From Octopus vulgaris (Eukaryota), in the NCBI GenBank assembly GCA_951406725.2, contig OX597820.1, positions 37,696,001 to 37,760,000 on the forward strand: a DNA stretch of 64,000 bases, given 5' to 3'. The notes beneath the pieces are model-generated. The model saw only the letters and a list, made by a program, of their open reading frames with translations. It was not told the origin of the DNA and made no database searches. Below, in pieces: positions 1-13,535 of the stretch. The translations under genes and the position numbers were made by a program. Each line of letters starts with the position of its first letter. The first letter of the stretch is position 1.

Positions 1-1024
1 ACCAATCTTGATTAACACATTTGTATTTCTTTTTAATTGATTTGTTGAGATAGGAGGGGTAGCACTCATGATCTTTAAAGGAATGCTTCTTTCATGCTAG
101 TGAAAGCAAATGTAGTTATGTTCAGTTTGAATTTCTGTATGTCAACATCCATAAGAAACATGTAACAAATTCTAGATCATTGTAGCAGTGGGCATAAATA
201 ATTCAGTAAAGTGTTTCTTAAGTCTAGGATAGTGAGACAATAGGATGATTTAAGATGGAGAGACATATGTGTCGTGTTGGCTTCAATGGAGATGCAATGG
301 AGGTTAGTTCAGAAGTTGCTGCAGTAGTAGAAGTAGAAATAGGAGAGAGTTGGGAAGCAACATCACATCTATGAGTCAATGATTATGTGTTGATGAGCGA
401 GTCTTTGTTAATCAGTTGATTAGCAATGTTTGGGATTGTGATGTAACATATTTCCACATGTAACAATGGTAGCAGTTCAGATTTGTAATACTCCACTTTT
501 GCTAGAAGTCAGCAACTTGTATAGCTTAATTTATTTCCTGCTCTTGAAATAGAAGACTGCTTTTTGGGATGCAGTTTTATCATGAGATATTATGAGGTCT
601 GACTGGTATAGCCACTTTGATGATTCTGTGTGCTGCTCATGCATAGGAGGGATGTAACAAAAAGTTTTTTATTTGCTTTACTGTGGTATGATAGATGCAT
701 GATGTAGTGTGAACTGTGAGCTCATATAAGACTAAAACATGGTATATCAAGGGAGCTATGCATATTGGATACTCTAAAAAATTCAACTGAGTAATTTCAT
801 GTGATACAGAGATGCTTAAGCAGAACTGACCACTGCTTTTAGTCTGTTAGAATGCTTCATTCAGTTGGTAGAAATTCAGCCACTAATGTATTTCACAGGT
901 TTAGATATTTACTTGCATCAAGTATGTTTTCTCAAAATCTTCATGACCGTAAATGACTAAATGAACTTTATACTTGAAACAAACATTTGTTGTTTTTCTT
1001 TTGATGTAGTAGCATATTAACAGA

Positions 1025-1470
1025 GTAGACCAAAAGTGTATTCTCACTGACCACCTATTGCAATAGCTGGGATATTAACTGACATAACAAAGACATTAAC
1101 TGACCAGCTCTAGTAATACTAAGGACACTGCATGACCCAGTCAGGACACTCACTGACCAATTCTCGTCATAACAAAACCATTCACTGACAAATGCTAGCA
1201 ATAGCAAAAGGACACTCAGTGGCCGATTCTAGCTATCGCAAAGACACTGGTCAACAGTAGCAATGACCAACATGTGCTCTGAGTATCTCTAGAAATTTCA
1301 TGGCCATTCACTGAGCCATGTTAGCAATAGCAAGGACATTTTCACTGACCAAGTCTAGTAATTGGGAGGACATTCCCTGATAATTTTAATAATGATATTC
1401 TTATGACCAATTCTAGCATTTTCACTGACCGGGTAGCCATATTTATCATAAATACATATATTAACCAGTA
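1025..1470. repeat. Degenerate ~31-33 bp minisatellite (consensus approx. cattcactgaccaattctagcaatagcaagga)
   Basis: Recurrent 'cactgacca...ctagcaatagcaaggaca' variants, roughly a dozen diverged units. Confidence 0.6.
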
Positions 1471-1498
1471 TCAGCATCAAGCAGTGTTCTGGTAAAAA

Positions 1499-1760
1499 GC
1501 GAACTTTAGGTTAGTTAAAATATGCTTGTGACATATTTCAACTTCTAAAGGCAAACTCATAACAGTTACTGTGGAGTAAAAAATTCTCTCTTATGGTAAA
1601 AAGGTGTAGAAACACCATATCTGTCTAGTGTTGCTCACTGGTGTTTTTATGCCTTTTTACCATAAGAGAGAAGTTTTTATTTCTCTATGGTAACTGCAGT
1701 GTATTTGCCTTTAGAAGTAGAAATGCATCACAAACATATTTTAACTAACCTAAAGTTTGC
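1499..1760. repeat. Fold-back inverted repeat / MITE-like hairpin (~120 bp arms)
   Basis: gcgaactttaggttagttaaaatatg... at 1499 is the reverse complement of ...catattttaactaacctaaagtttgc ending 1760; inner ends gaaacacca / tggtgttt, ~20 bp loop. Confidence 0.8.
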
Positions 1761-3030
1761 ATCATCATCATCATTTAGCATCTGTTGTCCATGCTGGTAT
1801 AGGTTGGGCAGTTTGACAAGGGCTGGCTAGCTGGAAGGCTGCAGCAAACTCCAGTCTGGTTTGGCATGGTTTCTACAGCTGGATGCCCTTTCTAATACCA
1901 ACCACTCTGAGAATGTAATGGGTGTTTTTACATGCCACCAGCATGGGTGCCATTTGCACAGCACCATTCTGTCACTACTGTGATTTTACTTGGCTTGATA
2001 GGCCTTCTTCTCAAGCATGATATAAAGCCAAAGAACTCGGTCATTGCCTCCATGAGACCCAACACTCAAAAGGAGCTCAGTCACTTTGCCTCTGTGAGCC
2101 CAACGCCCAAAAGGTGCTTTTTACGTGCCAGTTTTGTGACACCAGCATCAGTCATGACTACGATTTCACTTAGCTTGACGGGTCTTCTCAAGCACAGCAT
2201 ATCGCCAGAGGTCTTGATCACTAGTCATTGCCTCTGTGAGGCCCAAATTTTGAAGATCATGCTTTACCACCTCATCCCATGTCTTCCTGGGTCTACCTCC
2301 TCCACAGGTTCCTCCCAACATTAGAGATTGGCACTTCTTTACACAGCTGTCCTCATCCATATGCATCACATGACCATACCAGTGCAGTCATCTCTCTTGC
2401 ACACCATATCTGATGCCTCTTATGCCCAACTTTTCTCTCTGGGTGTTACACTCTGTCAATCATGCACACTGACACTGTGCATCCAGTGAAGCATACTGGC
2501 TTCATTCTTTCAAACTTACGTATGTCCTCAGCTGTCACAGTCCATGTTTCACTGCCATATATTAAAGCTGTTCGCACACAGGCATCATACATTCTGCCTT
2601 TCACTCTTAGAGAGAGACTCTTGGGAGCTAATCTTATTCTCACAGCTACGCTCTTGGAGCATTCACCTCCACTACTAACTTGGTCACCTAGATAACAGAA
2701 GTTATCTACTACCTCTAGCTTACTACCCTGGCAATTGATGGAGTCTATTTTCTGTACATTTTCAGTATTTACTGTACCTGTGCATCTTCCACATACAAAA
2801 GCTATTTTCCCCTGTTAAGCTTCCTCTAATATTGCTGCACCCCTTATGTGTCCAAAGCTTACACCGGATACATCTTATGAAATTTCTGCCTATGTCTTTT
2901 CTACTGATAGAGCAGGGCCATCTACCTGAAGGGATTTGTGATATGTCTGCCTTTCTACTTACTAAGACTTTGGTTTTTGCTAGGTTAACTCTAAGGCCCT
3001 TCGATTCTAGACCTTGCTTCCATACCTATA
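1761..3030 (-). mobile_element. RTE-clade LINE, 5'-truncated and degenerate
   Basis: Minus-strand peptides LSLRVKGRMYDACVRTALIYGSETW and GRPRKTWDEVV..DL are typical of the RTE ORF C-terminus; (cat)n tail at the left end. Confidence 0.85.
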
Positions 3031-3073
3031 TATAACTATTCTGTTTAATTACATTTGATGTAATATTTTTCAG

Positions 3074-3219
3074 CATTCCCAGATGTTGTAGAGAAAGACA
3101 TCACCCTAGATTGGGAATTTATAGTTTTAGCTTGTGATGGTATATGGGATGTCCTGGAAAATGAAGATGTTGTGAAATTTATACGAGCTCGCATTGCACA
3201 AAGGATGCCGCCAGAAACA
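3074..3219 (+). CDS. Protein phosphatase 2C (PPM family), penultimate coding exon
   Basis: Acceptor ttttcag|, donor |gtaagt. Translates (A)FPDVVEKDITLDWEFIVLACDGIWDVLENEDVVKFIRARIAQRMPPET, containing the PP2C 'ACDGIWDV' metal-binding motif. Confidence 0.93.
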
Positions 3220-4011
3220 GTAAGTGTTTTGTGATATATTTTATACCTGTTTTTTTTTTTTTCATTTTTACATTAAATTGTCTTACTTCCAGATTTTTTG
3301 CCATAGTGTTTGTTAAATACTAGGAAATGGCTTTTTGTTTTGTTTGTCTGGGAATGTTTTGTTTTACCCATTTATCTTCTTAGTTCAAATCTTAGTAGTT
3401 GTATATTCAATAAGTTTAACATCAGTGTAAAAAGTAGTTAAGTGTCATATTAAATGCCTTGTGGCATTTAGTTACATTTCTTTATTAAGTGAGATCTAAT
3501 TTTGGTGGAGTTGACATTGCCTTTCATACTTCCAGTGTTGATAAAATATGTAGGAATACTATATTATGTGAAGGTTGATTCAGTCAATAGTACTCTTGCT
3601 CCAAAATGTGTGGTCATGTCTAACATTAAAAATTATTTTTACTAAGAGTTCTGTTGAGTACTGGATTGGCAGACTTATTAGTGCATTGGACAAAGTACCT
3701 TACGGTATTTGTTTCAGCATTTTACAGTCTGAGTTCAAATCCTACTGAGATGATTTTTGCTTTTCATCCTTCTGATGTTGGTAAAATAAGGAACTGGTGT
3801 AATTTTAATCAACTCCCTACCCCCACTTCTCCCAAATGTTCTGGTCTTAAAACTATATTAGAAACAATTATTATGAGTAATGTATGACCAAATTCACTCA
3901 CAAGGCATTGATTGGGCCAGGGTTATAATAAAAGTCACCTGTTCAAGGTGCTGCACTGTGTGACTGAACTCGATATTATGTGGTTGCAAAGTGAGATTCT
4001 TAACCACACAG

Positions 4012-4049
<38 letters not shown>

Positions 4050-4719
4050 ATATGTATATATTTCGAACAAAAACAAATGGATAGTTCAAAACATCATTAT
4101 GTGTGTTTTAATAGCATGGTTTATTACCAAATACACAGTCTGTTACATAATATATTAGATAACATTATATAAATTCACAATGTTACTTAACCACCCCATT
4201 TCATAAGGTGATTTTTCTGCCAAAGTTTTTAGTGAGAAACAAAGAATCTGTGAGGGAAGGGGTATTTATAAACAAACAGAATTCTATACGAATTTTCAAA
4301 GTGGGATAGAGAAATTAAACTTTGTGACAAATCAAACAATATGACTCATACATGAATTTTCCGGGTACCTTGGACCAGTGAACAACTGTTTGGCTCTGTA
4401 TGGTCCACCACACGGACCAGTTGAATCCTCTGGAATACTTTATTTTGGAGTAATCTGTTTAACCAAAGATATGCAGAGGTTAAGTTAACTTCTAAGTTAA
4501 TTTGCCATGGTCTGTTTGAGCCCCTCTTCATTACTATATATGTGTGTATATAGATAAGTATGTATGTATGTAAATACACACACACACATTTACAGACGCA
4601 ACTTGGGTGCAATAATTTCATTTGCTGAAGCAGTTTTAAGTGTATTTGTGATGTTTATTCTTTCTATATCATTACTATTTGTTGTTAACTGTGTTTTCTC
4701 TCCTTTTCTGTCTTCCCCA

Positions 4720-4813
4720 TATATATATGTGTGTGTGTGTGTATATGCGTGTGTGTGTGTGTGTATATGCGTGTGTGTGTGTGTGTATATGCGTGTGTGT
4801 GTGTGTATATGCG

Positions 4814-4846
<33 letters not shown>

Positions 4847-5042
4847 ATATGCGTGTGTGTGTGTGTGTGTATATGCGTGTGTGTGTGTGTGTGTATATGC
4901 GTGTGTGTGTGTGTATATGCGTGTGTGTGTGTGTGTATATGCGTGTGTGTGTGTGTATATGCGTGTGTGTGTGTGTATATGCGTGTGTGTGTGTGTATAT
5001 GCGTGTGTGTGTGTGTATATGCGTGTGTGTGTGTGTATATGC

Positions 5043-5074
<32 letters not shown>

Positions 5075-5145
5075 ATATGCGTGTGTGTGTGTGTGTATAT
5101 GCGTGTGTGTGTGTGTGTGTGTATATATATGTGTAATATATATAT
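4720..5145. repeat. Compound (TG)n/TATATGCG microsatellite just upstream of a splice acceptor
   Basis: Repeated tatatgc(gt)n units. Confidence 0.95.
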
Positions 5146-5162
5146 CTACTTTTCTGTTTTAG

Positions 5163-5366
5163 ATATGTGAAGAACTGATGACAGCCTGTCTGGCTCCTGA
5201 TTGTAACATGGGTGGTCTTGGCTGTGACAACATGACCGTTGTTCTTGTTTGCTTTCTACATGGAGGGACATATGATGAATTGGCCAAGAAATGTGCTAGA
5301 CCAGTAACTCACTCTATAAGTGCTCTTCACAATGATAACTCTTTAAATTCTTTAGACTTGAAATAG
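5163..5366 (+). CDS. Protein phosphatase 2C, terminal coding exon
   Basis: Acceptor ctgttttag|, in phase 0 with the previous exon: ICEELMTACLAPDCNMGGLGCDNMTVVLVCF...LDLK*. Contains the PP2C 'GCDNMT' motif. Confidence 0.93.
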   Translation: MCEELMTACLAPDCNMGGLGCDNMTVVLVCFLHGGTYDELAKKCARPVTHSISALHNDNSLNSLDLK

Positions 5367-6083
5367 TAAGACTGACACCCATAGCCTAGTAGTTGTTGTT
5401 GTTAACATTGATGTTAATGTTGTTTTGTTGTGTTGGACATTGTTAATAAATACATTGAAATGTTGACATTTCTCTCCCCCAACTGAACACCCACCCAGTT
5501 CCTCCCTCACCTTCCACAAGACCTCCACCCCACTCTGGTCCACTTCCCAGTATGAATACCATTAACCACTAACATCACTACTACCACCACTGCCACCACC
5601 ACCACCACTACTACTGATTCCACCACAGCCACCATCACCAGTTTTTGAAGGGAATAAACATGAAAAAGAAATTAAAAAATGAAAACAAGGAAAAAGGGGA
5701 TAGAAAGAGAAATATGAAATAAAAAAAAAGATATTTAGTTTATTTAATGAACTTTGATAAACAAACAAACAAAAAACAAATAAGTCATTCTACCTTCAAT
5801 AGTAATAATAATAACAATAATTATGATGATGATGATGCTTCTGTTACTCCCATCCTCTCACCAAAATAAATATTCTTGTTCTGTCTTTAATTTAAAAAGC
5901 TGTAAATTTCTGTGTCTGTATGCATGTGTGTGTGTGTGTGCATATGTGTACGTGTGCACATATGCATCATAATATACTGCAAGTAAAGGCAAGTGCTTGT
6001 AACATGACTGAGACTTTACAGAATGCAACTGCGTCGTGTTGGTTACTGTAGCAGAAGTTTTGTGTCCAAAAAACAAATATATA

Positions 6084-6131
<48 letters not shown>

Positions 6132-6593
6132 GAAAAGTAAAAAGTAACAACAAAAGAACAAGACAAAAAAGTATTAAAAATTAACCAAAAATATGCAACC
6201 CACTTTTCTATCTCACCTGCAACTCTTTGAACTCACCTGAAATCATTATCATTACAAACATGCACTTAAAGTACCATGTTATTGCTAAGGTAAGAAAATG
6301 TTACAGCAGTGGTATGGCAAATGAAATCCCATCTAAGCCCCCATCTCTTTCCAAATGTCCCCACAACATATTCTGGATTATTCTTTTTCTTCTTCCTTTT
6401 TTTTTTTGCCCCTTTCACTCCACTCTGGTTCAACCCAGAACTCATTGGTTTTTCAAAAGAACGTTCATATTTTTCTTGCAAATCTGTAATTGAAAATAAT
6501 TGTAATACATATCTATCCAAATATACATACAATATATATATATATATATATATATTTCCTATATATATATGCATAACTCTGTGTACATAGGAA

Positions 6594-6636
<43 letters not shown>

Positions 6637-7134
6637 CATAAATATGCATAGTATTCAGAATGTTATATTTTCTTATATCATGTCTGTTTTTATTGTTTAA
6701 CTGTATATATGTATGCATTTGAAATATATTTGCACATGCACCCACATGTATATGTAAATGCATACTTATGCATATGTATGTTTTTGTGTGTGTGTGTATA
6801 TATACATCAAAATCTATGGATGATTTAGTGGTACACACACTCACTCACACATACACACACATAAATGTATTACATGTATTTATATATGTTTATATTTATC
6901 TTTAAATATATATTTATATATTCATGTGTGTATATATTCTTTTATGTGTTTCAGCCAGGTGGCTGTGGTTATGCTGGAGCACCACTATGTATATATATAT
7001 ATGTATATATCTATATACATGTATAAAAATTTAGCAATTAAGGACAACTACTTAATAAGGAAAACTTAGCAAGAAATTGTCAGGTAGATAGCGTAACATG
7101 TATATATATTTATATATGTGCGTATATATAAATA

Positions 7135-7166
<32 letters not shown>

Positions 7167-7619
7167 AGTAAATATATATACATTACTTATCTATATAGTT
7201 TGCGTACAATACATATTTATACATTCATACAGAAATGACTGTTGACTTGTCCAAATGACTGCAACTGGCTATGCATTGTGAAATAGCAGAATACTGAAAT
7301 AGTATGCTACTAACACCCACTACTTATCTCTATTTGTCTGTAAGCATATCTTTTAATAGTCTATCTTTCCCTTGTTGCAATACAGTGTCTAATCTCTGGT
7401 TAAGTAACTGCACAGCATCATGTACATATATGTATATGCATAACTATTAGCACATACATACCTCTATTTATGTATGTGTAATTGTGCATGTAAAAATACA
7501 CATACATCCCCGCAGCACAAGTATGTATATAAACATATATGTATGGATAAACATGTGTGTATATAAGCACACACACACATACACAAGCATATATACATAT
7601 ATATGCATTTGTATTTTTA

Positions 7620-8025
7620 TATTTGTGTGTGTCTACATATATATTTATGTATATATGTATATATATATATGTGTATATATGTATATATATATGTGTATAT
7701 ATGTATATATATATGTGTATATATGTATATATATATGTATATATATATATGAATATATGTATATATATATGAATATATGTATATATATATATGAATATAT
7801 GTATATATATATATGAATATATGTATATATATATATGAATATATGTATATATATATATGAATATATGTATATATATATATGAATATATGTATATATATAT
7901 ATGTATATATGAATATATGTATATATATATATGTATATATATGAATATATGTATATATATATATATGAATATATATATGTATATATATATGTATATATAT
8001 GAATATATATATGTATATATATGAA

Positions 8026-8086
<61 letters not shown>

Positions 8087-8277
8087 ATATATATATATGA
8101 ATATATATATATGTATATATGTATATATATATATGATATATATATATATATATATATATATGAATATATATATATGATATATATATATATATGAATATAT
8201 ATATATGTATATATATATATGAATATATATATGTATATATGTATATGTATATATATATATGTATATATATATATGAA

Positions 8278-8314
<37 letters not shown>

Positions 8315-8412
8315 GTATATATATATATGTATATATATATATGTATATATGTATATGTATATATATATATGTATATATATATATGTATATATATATGTAT
8401 ATATATATATGT

Positions 8413-8452
<40 letters not shown>

Positions 8453-8470
8453 GTATGTTTATATATATGT
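7620..8470. repeat. Long interrupted (TA)n microsatellite
   Basis: ~850 bp of (TA)n interrupted by tg/ga. Confidence 0.95.
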
Positions 8471-8517
8471 GCGTGTGTGTGTTTATATATATACACAAAC
8501 ACGCATATACATATGCA

Positions 8518-9095
8518 CACAGATCTGCAGGAAGTAAGTACAAACCTTTAATTTTTGAAATCTTTTATTTGATATTAATTGGTTGAAGGAGAGGTTTTCT
8601 TATACCTGCTCATGCATAATACCCAAGTTTATGCAGCTATGTAACACATGTTCCTGGACTAACTTCTAGCTGTTTTGAAATGTCAGAAGCCTTTGAATGG
8701 GGTTCATTTTCCACAACTCTCTTCAAACAGAAAAGCTTTGTTTCCGACGACCCATGCTGGCCGGGACGAGAATCTGTTGATTCTTTTCCTTGGCTTTTGA
8801 ATTGCACTATAATTCTATTTACAGTAGCAAGAGGAATTTGAAGATTTTCGGCAATTTTTCGCTGGCAAAGACCAGCCTCAGATTGCCCAACAATACAACC
8901 ACCTTGAAAATCTGACAGTTCTGCTGAATTTTTTGTGCGAGGCATAGTTACTCTTTGCAAATGTTTAATATAATGGCACCTGGAATGAAAAAGAATAATT
9001 GCATTGTAAATTCTACACTGCTAAAACCATATTAAGACGCTTAGATCAGACATTTTGAAAATTAAAGGTGTCTATTTACTTCCTGCAAGTCTGTG
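8518..9095 (-). mobile_element. Internally deleted Tc1-like DNA transposon
   Basis: ~40 bp imperfect TIRs (cacagatctgcaggaagtaagtacaaacctttaattt / aaattaaaggtgtctatttacttcctgcaagtctgtg) followed by TA. Minus-strand [23 protein letters not shown]...[19 protein letters not shown] resembles a Tc1 N-terminal HTH. Confidence 0.82.
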
Positions 9096-9146
9096 TATAT
9101 ATATATACACACACACACACATATATACATATATATATATACATAT

Positions 9147-9179
<33 letters not shown>

Positions 9180-9190
9180 CACGCATATAT

Positions 9191-9231
<41 letters not shown>

Positions 9232-9267
9232 TTTATATATATATATATATATACATACACACATATA

Positions 9268-9310
<43 letters not shown>

Positions 9311-9379
9311 AGGAACACACATATATATTTATATATATAGTGTGTGTGTGTGTGTGTAAATATATATGTGCATATATAT

Positions 9380-12300
9380 ATGGTCAGTGGCGGCTGGCAG
9401 TCTGTTCAATTCAGGATTGTTTATAGAATTAGCGTAGGTGTTATACTAAAAAACATTAGTGACAAACTTAAGGGGTAGGGGGTGGAGAAGAAGAAGAAGA
9501 AGAAGAAGAAGAAGAAGAAGGAGAAGGAGAAGATGATGGTGATGGTGGTGATGATTATGACGACGATGATGATGATAACGATGATGAAGAAGAAGAAGAA
9601 GAAGAAGAAGAAGGAGAAGGAGAAGATGGTGGTGGTGGTGATGATGATGACGCCGATGATGATGATAACGATGATGATGAAGAAGAAGAAGAAGAAAAAA
9701 ACAGAGAAGGGAGAATATGAATGGGTGTAAATATAGCTATGAAGGGGCTGATTAGTAATGGATTCTATGGAGTGTAGTATTTGTGTGTGTATATATATTT
9801 TTTTCTTTTATTCTAAAGTTGAGGTATATTAATTGTTTGTCGTAGACCCGTTAAGAAGTGGCTTGTATTTTGTAATAAAGAGATTTTCTTTACTTATTCT
9901 TTGTCTCGAGGTTGTATCGTCCCTAAATTGGTAGAGGGGGAAAATTCTGAAGTTTGGTGTTTTTTTGTTGGCGCAAGTATCTATGTGTTGGCTAAAAGCT
10001 ATTTTTCTGTTTTGGGGAATTTTTATCTGGGATCTGTGCAGGGCCATTCGTTTACGCAAACCATTTTTTGTTTGGCCTATGTACTGCTCTTGACACCCGG
10101 AGCAGGTTAGTGAGTATATTAGGTTCTCCGAAGCACATGTGAAGTTGCTTTTCACTGTAAACCGTTGTCCCTGTTTGAAGGAGAACTCCGAACCCTCGAT
10201 TAGATAGTCGCATATCCCGCAATTGGGTCTTCCACATTTTTTTACTGTCGGCTTCTGTGTTGAAGAGTGAATTCGGGCTTGTGTAAGGAGACTTTTCATG
10301 GATCTAGGCTGTCTTTTGCTTTTTATGATCGTGTGTGTTTGGAGGATTGTGTTCATTCTGTGGTCTTTTTTTAGGAGGGGTATGTTGTGGAGGATGGTGT
10401 CGAAGGCTTCGTTATTGAGAGGGTTGTGTGTGGAGATGTATGGTAAGGCTTTTGGTTGTAAGTTTTTCTTGATTTGGGATGTCTCAGTTCCTTGATGTTA
10501 AGTTGAAGGGCACGTTGAATGCACTTGTCAATAAGTGAAGGTGGATAGTTCCTGGTGATTAGGGTATCTTTTAGTTCTTGTAGTCGTGTGTCTCTGGTGT
10601 TTGCGTTAGAGACTATAGTGCATATCCTTTTTGCTAGATTGAAGGGGATATTCATCCTGGTGTGTCTGGGGTGGCATGAATTGAATGGAAGATATTGCTT
10701 AGAGTCTGTAGGCTTATAGTATATGTCTGTTTCTATTATATTATTAGCTTTCTTAATGAGGATATCGAGGAGGGGGAGTTGTTGTTGGCTATATTCCATC
10801 GTGAATTGGATGTTTACGTCCAGTCCGTTTAAAATTTTCTGGAATTCTATGAGTTTTTCTAAGCAATATCTTCCATTCAATTCATGCCACCCCAGACACA
10901 CCAGGATGAATATCCCCTTCAATCTAGCAAAAAGGATATGCACTATAGTCTCTAACGCAAACACCAGAGACACACGACTACAAGAACTAAAAGATACCCT
11001 AATCACCAGGAACTATCCACCTTCACTTATTGACAAGTGCATTCAACGTGCCCTTCAACTTAACATCAAGGAACTGAGACATCCCAAATCAAAGAAAAAC
11101 TTACAACCAAAAGCCTTACCATACATCTCCACACACAACCCTCTCAATAACGAAGCCTTCGACACCATCCTCCACAACATACCCCTCCTAAAAAAAGACC
11201 ACAGAATGAACACAATCCTCCAAACACACACGATCATAAAAAGCAAAAAGACAGCCTAGATCCATGAAAAGTCTCCTTACACAAGCCCGAATTCACTCTT
11301 CAACACAGAAGCCGACAGTAAAAAAATGTGGAAGACCCAATTGCGGGATATGCGACTATCTAATCGAGGGTTCGGAGTTCTCCTTCAAACAGGGACAACG
11401 GTTTACAGTGAAAAGCAACTTCACATGTGCTTCGGAGAACCTAATATACTCACTAACCTGCTCCGGGTGTCAAGAGCAGTACATAGGCCAAACAAAAATG
11501 GTTTGCGTAAACGAATGGCCCTGCACAGATCCCAGATAAAAATTCCCCAAAACAGAAAAATAGCTTTTAGCCAACACATAGATACTTGCGCCAACAAAAA
11601 AACACCAAACTTCAGAATTTTCCCCTCTACCAATTTAGGACGATACAACCTCGAGACAAAGAATAAGTAAAGAAAATCTCTTTATTACAAAATACAAGCC
11701 ACTTCTTAACGGGTCTACGACAAACAATTAATATACCTCAACTTTAGAATAAAAGAAAAAATATATATACACACACAAATACTACACTCCATAGAATCCA
11801 TTACTAATCAGCCCCTTCATAGCTATATTTACACCCATTCATATTCTCCCTTCTCTGTTTTTTCTTCTTCTTCTTCTTCATCATCATCGTTATCATCATC
11901 ATCGGCGTCATCATCATCACCACCATCTTCTCCTTCTCTTCTTCTTCTTCTTCTTCTTCTTCTTCTTCTTCTTCTTCTTCTTCTTCTTCTTCTTCTTCTT
12001 CTTCTTCTTCTTCTTCTTCTTCTTCATCATCGTTATCATCATCATCGTCGTCATAATCATCACCACCATCACCATCATCTTCTCCTTCTCCTTCTTCTTC
12101 TTCTTCTTCTTCTTCTTCTTCTTCTTCTTCTTCTCCACCCCCTACCCCTTAAGTTTGTCACTAATGTTTTTTAGTATAACACCTACGCTAATTCTATAAA
12201 CAATCCTGAATTGAACTGAGACTGCCAGCCGCCACTGACCATTCAAAATACGACCATCAGGGCACTCCCAGATTCTCCCACCCCCTTTCCTCACCAGCCT

Positions 12301-12573
12301 TCCCTCTACTACCCTACCAAGAACTCACAACTACCTCGAACACACAAGTGCAAACAAGGGAGTCAGAGAAAGGCAGAATGCCACTTAAATCTGAACACTA
12401 CTATAGAAATATTCTTTAAAAAAAACTTTTCTTCTAATTTTTCTAAATTTAATTATTTAATCGTTACAGTTGAAAAGGTCTCAAAATGACCGAAACCGGT
12501 ACTGAAATGTTCACTATAAAATTATTTTAGCATTTTCTATTTTTTACTTGTTTTTTCATATATATATATATAT
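9380..12573. mobile_element. Penelope-like element (RT thumb + GIY-YIG) in inverted configuration
   Basis: Peptides TDIYYKPTDSKQYLPFNSCHP (PLE RT C-terminus), CGRPNCGIC (Zn-binding) and NLIYSLTCSGCQEQYIGQT (GIY-YIG). Minus copy 9380-10857 and plus copy 10858-12557 are near-identical inverted arms. Confidence 0.92.
12467..12504 (+). ncRNA. Minimal type-I hammerhead ribozyme, U3-A8 core variant, in the PLE 3' region
   Basis: cag-TTGAAAA-ggtc-tcaaaat-gacc-GAAA-ccgg-TA-ctg: stem I cag/ctg, stem II ggtc/gacc, palindromic stem III ACCGGT, GUA cleavage triplet. Confidence 0.75.
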
Positions 12574-13228
12574 ACACATATATATTTATATATATATGTG
12601 TGTGTGTGTGTAAATATATATGTGCATATATATATGTACACACACAAATATTAACACATTTACGATGTCTGTACAGCTGAATGTAAGTTTTTTTTTTTTT
12701 CAGATGAGATACCTATATGAGCTAAGGTTTTATTTTTCTCTTTCACTCATTTTTCTCCTTACCTTCTGCCTAATATAACTGATGTTGCTGCTGGGTGCAT
12801 AGATAAATGTGTATGCATGCATGCATACATGTGTGCATGTGTCTTCTCTTCACCTTTCTCACATCATTAGAGATAGTGAGAAAAGTAGATTGGATTATAA
12901 CTAATTTTGGAACTGTGAATTCATGAATGCATCACACATGCCATACTGCACTCAGTTGCACAGTGAACTGCACTCAATATTTGCAGGATTCATTTGTTGT
13001 TGACAAGGCAAGAACAAATGAAAACAGCGGCAACAGCAACATTTTGAACACCACCAGAAGCTACTACAACAGAAGAAATAAAACTCAAACAAAAATTAAA
13101 TAAATGCCAGAAAAACAATAGAATTTGTATATCAGTTACAATTTGCTTACAAAGTTTTTATGTATATAGATGCATGTGTGTATATTTATTTGCATATATG
13201 TGTATGTATATATAAATATATATGTATG

Positions 13229-13259
<31 letters not shown>

Positions 13260-13485
13260 GTATGTGTGTGTGAATGTATGTATGTGTAACTATAAACAAA
13301 GATGTATACATACATGTCATGGCTGACATATACACTAGTTTGGGGAGGACTTGTCTGAACATATATGTATATATACACTCACACACACACATATGCATAT
13401 ATATATATACACACAGAACACACACACATGCACATATATACAAGTATGAATATATAAACACATGCATCCAATATGAATGTATGTT

Positions 13486-13535
<50 letters not shown>

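Noticed and set aside
4564-9426. Long ORFs rich in YI/CV/HT dipeptides (also at 26088-26895, 39845-40271 and 53319-53723)
   Set aside because: Translations of dinucleotide and tetranucleotide microsatellites.
10371-11259. Overlapping antiparallel ORFs as a bidirectional gene
   Set aside because: An artefact of the PLE inversion junction; each ORF is part antisense arm and part true PLE frame.
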